Shown here: piece after piece, positions 49,921 through 60,000 of the stretch | How positions within the stretch are numbered: the stretch's first letter is position 1 | Layout: every line of letters begins with the position of its first letter | Origin: Selaginella moellendorffii | Taxonomy: Eukaryota > Plantae > Lycopodiophyta | Length of the DNA stretch: 64,000 bases | NCBI RefSeq assembly: GCF_000143415.4 | Contig: NW_003314275.1 | Coordinates: 749,955 to 813,954 of the forward strand | Direction: 5' to 3' | The notes under the pieces: model-generated | What the model was told of the DNA's origin: nothing | What the model saw: the letters and a program-made list of their open reading frames with translations, nothing else | Databases searched by the model: none | Program-made: the position numbers and the translations under genes

Positions 49921-50008
49921 TCAGACTCGAACTCGGACTCGGACTCGGACTCGGACTCGGACTCGGACTCGGACTCGGCCTCGGCCTCGGTCTCGGTCTC
50001 GGTCCCGA

Positions 50009-50046
<38 letters not shown>

Positions 50047-50407
50047 CCGGTCTCGGTCTCGACTTCGGACTCCATCTCGGGTCCATCTCGGACTCCATCT
50101 CGGACTCCATCTCGGACTCCATCTCGGGTCCATCTCGGACTCCATCTCGGACTCCATCTCGGACTCCATTTCGGGTCCATCTCGGGTCCATCTCGGACTC
50201 CATCTCGGACTCCATCTCGGACTCCATCTCGGGTCCATCTCGGACTCCATCTCGGGTCCATCTCAGACTCCATCTCGGACTCCATTTCGGGTCCATCTCG
50301 GGTCCACCTCAGACTCCATCTCGGACTCCATCTCGGACTCCATTTCGGGTCCATCTCGGGTCCACCTCGGACTCCATCTCGGACTCCATCTCGAGTCCAT
50401 CTCGGAC
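49921..50407. repeat. CpG-rich 6-mer/12-mer tandem array inside LTR (also 63338-63788; related arrays 55338-55625 and 61727-62014)
   Basis: (ACTCGG)n, (TCTCGG)n, (GGACTCCATCTC)n. Confidence 0.95.
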
Positions 50408-50750
50408 ACTTCCACGTGTCATGTGTTGGTCCTTTTGGGTCCCTTTTTGGAGCCTCGCTTTTTGCTCGCTTCGTGCTCGTTCCTCGAGCACTTCGTTGGG
50501 AGTTCCACTCCTGCTCTTGACTTTTCAAGTCGGAGCTTTTGGTCCAAACGTGTTACGCTCATTTGGCTCTTGCTTCGGCCACTACCACGTGGCGCCCTTC
50601 CGGCTCCACTTTGGGGCCTAGGGATTTTGTGTCTCACAACTCCACCACCCATAGACGAAGTTCGATGTCCTTATCGAACGGTAAACCATTTTTTAAAGTA
50701 ACACTCGCATGTGTTACCATTTCCATCCTTGGCACCTAGCCAATATTTGT

Positions 50751-50875
50751 CAATGGTTTGACATTGAAGGCTCACCATGCCTTCTCCATATTCGTCAATG
50801 GTTTGACATTGAAGGCTCACCATGCCTTTTGCATATGCCTCAATGGTTTGACACTAAAGGCTCACCATGCCTTGC
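50751..50875. repeat. Three tandem 45-bp repeats
   Basis: caatggtttgacattgaaggctcaccatgcctt starts at 50751, 50796, 50841; a single unit in the fossil copy (~43462). Confidence 0.85.
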
Positions 50876-53800
50876 CTATCCTCTAAGGAGGGTAGTCTCT
50901 CCAACTTAGAGATTGATTGGACCACATATAGTGGTTTTTTCCTTTTATTGGTTTAGTTCTCGCTAAACTTCTTAGAGACCCTTCTCTAAGTCAATCCCAC
51001 TACTCCTTCTCGAGTAGTCTCAATTTCCATCTATTGAACGTTTGCACCTTGGAACTTTTACTCTTTTGACTTTTGGAAGTCAATTTCCTAAGTGTCTCTA
51101 ACACCTTGCATTGCACAGATTGTGCAACTCCACTTCCCCATCCTAGGAAGCTCATTACTTGAGGGCACCATCATCCTCTCTTCTATTTCGTGCCACCTTG
51201 GGCACTAAGTTCCATTTATCATACTTTGTGCTAGGGTTGTCCATGGCCCTATCATTTGGCTACCTTACCGCTCCCTCCCTTGGAGCTTCCACTTTCGCCA
51301 AATCAGAGCAATTCGGAATTCATCCTTGGAAACACACTTCCTTTTCCAGAATTTGTTAGCGTCCAACACATTAGTGTTCCTCGCCTAACTTTGTCACTTG
51401 GATTCCTTCCAAGGGATTCCACGGCCCTATCTTGGCCACTCATCTTTTGCTCCTATCCATTGATTGTTGCACCAAGCAACATCGAATCTCTACCTCCTTC
51501 CTTGAGGTATTCTTTTGATTCCATAGCAAAGGCTCTGCTTTGCCAAGACTAGGGTGTTCGCCCCTAGTAAGTCTTTTTAGCATCTTCTGCTGTGGGCTCT
51601 ATCCACGGCCCAACTTTGTGACCCTCCCATGGGTCTCTTTAGAGACTACTTTCCTTGGACACACTATGCCATCGCAATGACATAGCTCATTTCCCTAGAG
51701 TGCTTTTCCCACTTGGTCACCTTGACCAAGCCACACCATCATCAATAGTTCAAATCAACACTTTGAACTAGGAACCTTATTCCTTAACCCAAACAAGGAC
51801 CTTGTCCTTATTTAGCCACAAGATCACCTAGTGATCTCACCTCGGCACCTTAACAGGTTTGCCAATAGGTACTAAGTCTTCCAGACCTTTAATTTGTTAA
51901 CTACGACCCCGGGGGCATCCCCCACACTTGGCGGTGCGCCCAAGCCAGCCCTTCCGGCCAAGGGTCCATAGCAACTGAGATTAGGTGTCCCCATCTCACT
52001 CACCACGTCCTTGGTGCCACTTGCACCAAAGCGTTCAAGTTAGATATGCCAAGCTTTCACACTAAGCAATCTAACCATGCATCACGACTCCGAGGCATCC
52101 CTTGCTTGGCGGTGTGCCCAAACCAGTCTCCCCACTGAGAGTCCATGACCACCGAAATATGAGTGTCCTCATATTCCAAACCATCACCACGCCCTAGTGA
52201 TTTGGGACTCGAACCCAAGCACTAGAGGGTCGGGACTCGAACCCAACCTCCGTATATGCATCTACGGACGGCATCACACAAGATGCCTGGCGTGACTCCT
52301 CACGCCGGTGCACCAACTTATTTTTAAAGCGCGCTACAGATCACAGCTTAGGAACCTAGTTCCTCCACACTACCAAGTCCTCTCACTTGACATGTCTGTG
52401 ATCATACATGGACTCCTCCATGCTCGGCCCTATGGCCCACCCTTTTTGAAGTTATCACCTTCAACTAGGGTATTTGTTCCCCCGATGTGCCAATCTCGCT
52501 TGGCAAGTCTTCCGACCACTGTAACATGGTTCCTGCATAAGCGTGAAAGTCCTTGACCATCGACTTTCGTTCAAAGCCCTCTCTTTGAACACTCGGGAAC
52601 TACTTCCCTAACCTTGATAGCCTTGCCTCATGGCAATCTTCAAGACCACGCTTCTGCTGCGCCACTCTGATTTCGCGCGTTCCATGAACCATTTACACTT
52701 GGCCTTTCTAGGTACTAAGCTACCTAGAATCCTCTTTGGGAACCTTGAAGGAACTCTGTCCCTCAGCTTGCTAAGGCCTCCCTTTTTGCAAGCCTTCAAA
52801 ATGCCACATAGTCTAACATGGACAATTCCATAACTTAGACTCTCCATGGCATCACGGTTGCTAGTGGCAACACCCTCGAGCCCCCACTTGATTCTCCACT
52901 CCCAGCTGGCATAACCAATCTTGGTTATGCCCTTCGATTTCTATGGTTCAGTTCCATCCTAATACTACTTGCCTTTTGGCCCCATATGTTTCCTTTGGTT
53001 ATTCTCCTCCAGACCAGGAGGATAGCTTTGCACTTTCTATCATGCCTTAGCAAGTATTCTTAGGGATGAACCTACCCAATAGCCCAGGGAGTGGTTCCTC
53101 AATCCGGGTATGCTCACCTTATAATCCCACACACTGGGATTACATTGTTGCTTATGGGCTTTTACATGCCCATCACTAGCCTTGCCAAAATTTCATTCTT
53201 GGCTTTGTCCAACTCGGGTAAACAGTCCTCTCCTGTCTCCGCAACCTTGGACATTTGGATAGCACCTTCTATCCATCATTCGCTAGGGACTTAGTCCCTT
53301 GGGCTTTATCCATTGCCCTCGCAACATCAAACACCACCTTCTTGTGTTCTAGAGTGTTCGGGTGTCCCAATGATGGCTTTCTTAACAATGAGTATTTCCT
53401 TTTATGACATTGACTTACTATATCACAACACAAGCAACTTATCCCCCGTAAGGGTATATCCAACTTCCCTATGCTATTAAGAAGTTTTGGATAGCTACTT
53501 TCTACCCGTTTAACCAATTATTTTGCACCTCTTGCTTAGTTGCCTCATAGTTGTCAAGTCCTACAACTCATTGCTTGGTGTTTTCACACCTCCATCATTA
53601 TCTGGGTCACCACACTCCAACTGCATGCTCTGCAGCTTAGGCTATGCCATTCCCATTTCCACTGGGATTCCTTTGGCAAGGGGTTCTCATGAACCCACCA
53701 ACATAGCCTCAAGGTATCACACCTTGGCACATTTGGTGTCTCCACACCATCAGCTCCACGAGCCTACCTCTATGACATTTCCCCTTCGTGTCTAAGTCTT

Positions 53801-56487
53801 TGCCAAGACCAACACCGCTCTTTCTCATGCCAACCATCCGTTAGCACTGCACCATAGAGGTCACACACAACTTCATGTCAAAGTTGTTTTCTTCTGGGAA
53901 CACCTTTCCCATAACTTTAGCATGGCACATTTTGCCATCGATGAAATACCCTCTGTTCTCATCCTTGGATCCTATGATCCCCCCCCCCCCCATCCTTTGT
54001 GGGGTACAACACACCTCAGTCCAAATGCTTCCATCAGTCCTTTTAGGACCATCCCTTGACTCTACTTGAGTCATCCAGCAGTTTTGGACTTGGTTAATCC
54101 ACAGACCCGTAAGGTCCTACTTGTGAGGCACTAGCTCACTGGAATACACTTCTTGCATTCCTGTCCTACTCAAAAGGACTATTTTCACAAGTGTTACTCC
54201 GACACTTGATTTTGTTCTCTGGGGGCAACCTTTGCCCCTTAGGACTACTTGTCCATGTGATGAGAATACCAACTCATCCACTTAATACACCCCCAACTCC
54301 TTGGGTTGTTCCAGCATTTATTAGAGGTAGCCCCGGCTACCATTTCGAGGACTCGTGTCCTCATCCATACTTGACCTCTCACGGTCATCCATTCCGGTCT
54401 CACCTTCATGAGCACCAGCCTCAACCATGTGAGGATAAACTTGTGACTCCTTTATTGTTTTTGGAGTCTCTATCTTCCCCGTGATCCCAACTATAGTTGT
54501 TTACCCCAACTACATTAGCCCGTTTGCTGAGTCAAACGCTCATCTGGATCACTGTAAGCCACAAATTTTTCTTTTCCAATTTGCCAGCTTACCTCGCCTA
54601 TCCGTCCAACACCGCCTTGGCTTTTGCTAAGTTCCCTTGCCAAGGTTCTCGCCTATGGTACCAGCTCCTACTTGGTCTCAGCTACTCACTGCACGAGCAA
54701 CGGAGTGTTAGCCATCCATCCACAGATTCCCAAATCACTCCCAATCCCCCTCCCTGGGTTAGACTGGACTTAAGGTTCGGCTACACTCCCCGCAAGCACA
54801 AGTAGCCAAGCACACCAAGCTTCCAGGTTCCTAACATCCTTTGGTACCACAAGACTTGATCATGGGACCCTCTAAATCCCAAGTCTTGAGTGCAACACTT
54901 GCTTCGGGACGCCGGGGCGAAACACCGTGGCCTAGCGGCCCGGTATGGGTACCTCTCACCCCCCACTTCCATCCCGAAGGAAGGCCCAAGCCCCTAGGAA
55001 GGGCAAGGACCAATGAGCCGCATAGTACTCAAGTGGGGCACCACTCCACATGAGCCAGGAGCACCACAATCGGTTTCCCTTTCGGGAGTGGGAGCTGCTC
55101 TTGAGCACTTCCTTGGATGGCCCCTCCGGCACCAACCAAGTCCATGCTCACTCCCACCCAAGGCCCCTCAGTCCTAGTCCCAACCTCAAGTTAGTTTGGG
55201 AGCCCCACTGGAGAGTCCCTTCTAAACTGGTTCCTGGACCTCACTATCCCTACTATACTTTTGGAACCCCCTGCAACCCCCCCCCCCCTGGGAGACGCAC
55301 GCTTTGGGCTTTCACCCCTTGACCCGTATTAGTATTTGGACTTAGTCTCTGGCTCGATCTCGGACCCGATTTCGGATCCGACTTCGGATTCGGTCTCGGA
55401 CTCGATCTCGGACTCGATCTCGGACCCGATCTCGGACCCGACCTCGGACTCGACCTCGGACTTGGTCTCGGACCCGATTTCGGATCTCGGACTCCGTCTC
55501 GAACTCGGTCTCGAACTCGGACTCGAACTCGGTCCCCGAGTCGGTCTTGGACTCGATTCCGGACTCTATCGCGAACTCGGTCCTAGAGTCGGTCTTGGAC
55601 TCGATCTTCGACTTGGTCCCATCCGATGAACTCTTTGTCATTTTGGTCATTCTTTCGGGGTTCCTTTAGCCTACGACACCTCGGCGAGTTGGTTCCTTAC
55701 AACTCCACCACCCATAGAAGAAGTTCGATGCCCACATCAAACGTCTCGTTTTATCCTACGACTTGTTGACCATGTCTCCGGGGGCATCCCCCCCACTTAG
55801 CGGTGTGCCTAAGTTAGCCTCCCCGGCCAAGAGCCCATGACAACGGAATATAGGTGTCCCTATACTCCTCCCCTCACCACGCCTTAGTATGGGGTCGGGA
55901 CTTGAACCCAGCCTTGCTTTACTAGGGGGTTGGGACTCGAACCCAACCTCCGTAGAATACGTCTACGGATTTGACATCCCCGCAGGGAGTCGGGCGTAGC
56001 TCCCTACGCCTGGTCGACCTAGCTAACCCATGCTAATTAGCTCACCTTCGGCGCGCCTTCGGGTCCCAACCTATGCCACTTGCTCAACTTTGCAAATATA
56101 TATTTTTAATTGAACTTTGCATAAGTACATAGAGTTCTGCTTTGCAGAAATTCCTCCACTAGATCTCGCGCGTTCGCTAGGTTCTCCTCCGGTTCCCATG
56201 TTGCTTCGCAGTGTGGAAATCCTTTCCACTTCACATGGAACTCTCTCACCTCGCGTCCTTGTCACTTGCTCTTGCGCGCATTGAGGATGGCCTCGACTTC
56301 GTATTCCTCTTCCCCTTGGATAACCTCAGGTAAAGGTCTTACTTGGTCCTTGCGAAGCGGATCCTCAAAGTACGACTTGAGTAAGTTCACATGGAACACT
56401 GGGTGCATCTTCCCCATCTCTCAAGGAAGTCGGAGTCGGTAAGCCACTTTACTGATTCGTGCCTCAATCTCGTAAGGCCCCGCGAAC

Positions 56488-56539
56488 CTGCTTAAGGAAC
56501 TCAAGATCAATTCATTTACAGGAATACATGCATTTTTAC
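56488..56539 (-). other. Predicted spliceosomal intron 2 (52 nt) before the integrase GPY/F motif
   Basis: AAG|GTAAAA..TTCCTTAAGCAG|GT; removal restores KLTQRFAGPYEI. Confidence 0.85.
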
Positions 56540-56957
56540 CTTTGGGTCAACTTTCGGCTGATCCCACTTGGTAGCCTGAGGTTCTTGGTGTTCAGCCACA
56601 CCTTCTCCCCAGCTTGGAACTCTACATCCCGGCGCTTTAGGTTCGCGTACTTGGTTTGCCTTTGTTGAGCCCGTTCCAAGGAATCCCTCACTAGATTCCA
56701 AATGTTGAGTCTTTCCGCCTTGAATGCCTCCACTGCGGGTAACTCTCCATGATACTCGGCCACGCCGAGTTCCACAGGACCTTCAATAGCTCGCCCATTG
56801 ATGACTTCCCATGGACTCACCCCGATACTCGAATGTGGTGAGTTGTTATAACACATTTCCGCAAGTCCCAAATGACTTACCCAATCGGTCTGGTCTCTCG
56901 AGACATAGCATCGCAAATAATCCTCCAGCTGCCTATTCACCCTTTTCGTTTGTCCGT

Positions 56958-57004
56958 CTGTCAAGAAGTGTTAGGACCACCAAACTTGACTTAATACCCC
57001 ATAC
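56958..57004 (-). other. Predicted spliceosomal intron 1 (47 nt) in integrase core
   Basis: CAG|GTATGG..CCTAAC..TTGACAG|AC; removal restores YHPQTDGQT. Confidence 0.85.
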
Positions 57005-60000
57005 CTGTCTGTGGGTGATAGGCTGTGCTGAATTTCAACTTGGTGCGATACTGTTCTAGGAGGGTCCTCCAGAACCTACTAGTGAAGATCTTATCTCGAT
57101 CTGAGATAATCTCTTCTGGCCTTCCCTGCACTCGAACCACTTGTTCGAAGAACAGCTTCGCCACACCTTCCGCATCCACTTCCGTTGTGGTGGGTATGAA
57201 ATGTGCCATCTTTGAAAATCGATCCACCACCACGAATATCGCATCGAACCCCTCGCTTGGGGGTAGTCCCGTGATGAAGTCCATCGTAAGACATTTCCAC
57301 GGACGATCTGGAATTGGGATGCTTTGCAACAAGCCCCCACTAGCCTTAGTCACGGCTTTGACTTGCTGACATGTTGGACATGTCTTTACATAGTCTTGGA
57401 TGTCCTTAGCCATATCTGGCCAATGGTACTTCCTCTTGAGTAAGCCCATTGTCTTGGGCACTCCGCCGTGTCCCGCAAGAGGTCCGTCATGACACTCTTC
57501 TAAGGCTACCTTCCTTAGTCCCCCTTCTGGAACATATACCCTCGTTTGCTTGTAATAAATGAGTCCGTTGCGTTCCGCATAGCCTGTTTTCTCTTCCGTT
57601 GGCAGCTCACCTCTCTGGTGAGCTTCCCGCGCCTCCAGATTCCTCAACAACACTTCTTGTGCTAGACCATCGTTCTCATATGCTGTCTGCACATCGTCCC
57701 AGAAGGTTGCTGTTGCGCCGGATATCGCCAACCTCAAGCTCGCTTTTCTACTTAGCGCATCTGCCACGATGTTGCTCTTCCCAGGCTTGTACAGAATCTC
57801 GCAATCAAACTCGGCCAAGGCATTGGCCCACCGACCTTGTTTCCCTCTCAGGTCGGGCTGTGACAAGAAGTGTTTCGTTGCCACATTGTCCGTGTAAACC
57901 TTGAAGTGTCTCCCAAGGTAGTGTCGCCACTCCTTGAGCTCCTTGACCACCGCAAACAATTCCTTCTCGTGGGCAGACCATTTCCTTTGAGCCTTGTCCA
58001 ACTTCTTCGAGAAGAACGCTATTGGATGGTTGTCTTGCTTCAAAACTGCGCCCAACGCAAAGTCCGAAGCATCCGTGTCTACCTCAAAGTCCTTACCAAA
58101 ATCTGGTAATGCCAACACCAGAGCCTTCCTCAACTTCCCTTTGAGGTGGACGAATGCCGCCTCACATTCCGCTGTCCATACCATCTTCCCTTTTCCTGTT
58201 TGGTCCGTTAAGGGTAGGGCTACTCTCGAATAGTGTCTGATAAACTTTCGATAGTAGTTGCATAGCCCCAAGAACGCCCTCAACTCATGTACATTCGAAG
58301 GCCGCTCCCATTCCTGGTGGATCGCTTGGACCTTCTCCGGGTCCACCTTGAGCCCGTCCTGGCCCACCACATGCCCGAGAAACTTTACCTCTTGTTGAGC
58401 AAAGTCACATTTGCTCTCTTTAGCATACAGTTTGTGTTCCCTTAGTTTCTCAAACACCTTCGCCAAGTGTTCGGCATGCTCCTCTAGCGTCTCGCTATAG
58501 ATCAGGATATCGTCAATATAGACGACCACGAAGTGATCCAGATAGGGTACAAAGATGTGGTTCATCAACGCCGAAAATGTTGCCGGCGCATTGCACAGCC
58601 CAAAGGGCATCACCAGAAACTCAAAGCTCCCATACCTCGTTCGACAGGTTGTCTTCTCGACATCTTCCTCAGCTACCCTGATCTGGTAGTATCCTGACCT
58701 TAGGTCAATCCTCGAGAAGTATTTTGCCTTTCCCAACCTATCGAACAGGTCCTCGATCCTTGGCAAAGGGTACTTGTTCTTCTTGGTATACTTGTTGAGC
58801 AACCGGTAGTCTATGCACATGCGCATAGATCCATGTTTCTTTTTCACAAATAGCACCGGCGCCCCATATGGCGACTTGCTCAACCTAACATACCCTTTGT
58901 CCACCAACTCCTCTAGTTGGCTCTTGAGCTCCTTGAGTTCTTTTTCATTCAATCGATAGGGTGGACGAACCACCGCCTTAGCACCCTCGACCAGTTCAAT
59001 CTTATGTTCTATCGGTCGTGCGGGGGGCAACCCCGCCGGTAGCTCCTCCAGCATGGTATCCTGGAATTGGTCCAGCACCTGTTGGATCACTAAAGGTACT
59101 TCTTCCGTTCTTGTCTTTTTGTCACTCTTCACCGAGAGTAAGCACAAAAAAGCTGCCTTAGTTCCTTTAGTGAGTTGTCCTCTCGTGGACACCAGGTTTA
59201 AGCATGACTCTTTCACCTTGCTTTGCCCTACCTTTAGATCCTGGGCCTCCACCCTAGATCTTCTTCCTTGGGCATTCGCCAATACCACAAGGTTCCTACC
59301 TTGTCCATGCAGGGCTACCACGAACCGATTAAACCAATCCATTCCGAAGATCACGTCAAATCCCACCATGTCCAAGACGGTGAAATCCATGTCCACTTTC
59401 CATGTCCCCACTTCGACTCTCGCTTGTCGAAGTACCTCATCGGTGCTTTGGCTACCCTGAACAAACTCTATAGTCCTTGGTTCGCCTAGCCGCTGCACCG
59501 TTAGTCCGGCTTGCCGGACTATGTCTGCAGCCACAAAATTATCCGAAGCACCCGTGTCAATAAGGATCTTAACAAAGCTACCTCCGAGCTTCTCTCGGAG
59601 GGCTAGTAGATGTCGCGAACGACTCTCTACCAAAGTTGCTCGTGTAATGAGTAACTTTGAGTTAGGGACTGGATCACATACCTCAGTTTGGACTTCACCC
59701 GACTTGATGGCCATATTGGCTCTGGCCTTCTTCGGGTAGGGACATTCCCTCGAGAAGTGTCCCGCTTCGCCGCAGTTGTAGCATACGTTGTTGCCCACGC
59801 TGCTATACGACTTGACCTTCTTATCCGTGGGTTTGTCTCTTTTCGCTTGACTTCCCCACGTACTCGCTCGTTGGCCACCGGATTTGCCTTTTCGGAACCC
59901 CGAGGACTCATTCTTAGAGAAACTCTTCTTGAATTTCCCCTTGCTATATGTTCCCCTCGGTTTGGCCCCTTTGTGAAACGTGGATCCCGACTCCGTCGTG

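Noticed and set aside
49921-50407. CRISPR-like appearance of repeats
   Set aside because: No unique spacers, no cas genes, eukaryotic LTR context.
49648-50621. Long ORFs with SD/RP/ES repeats (also 55336-55650, 61725-62039, 63065-63910, 42937-43236)
   Set aside because: Stop-free translations of LTR tandem arrays in several frames; not genes.
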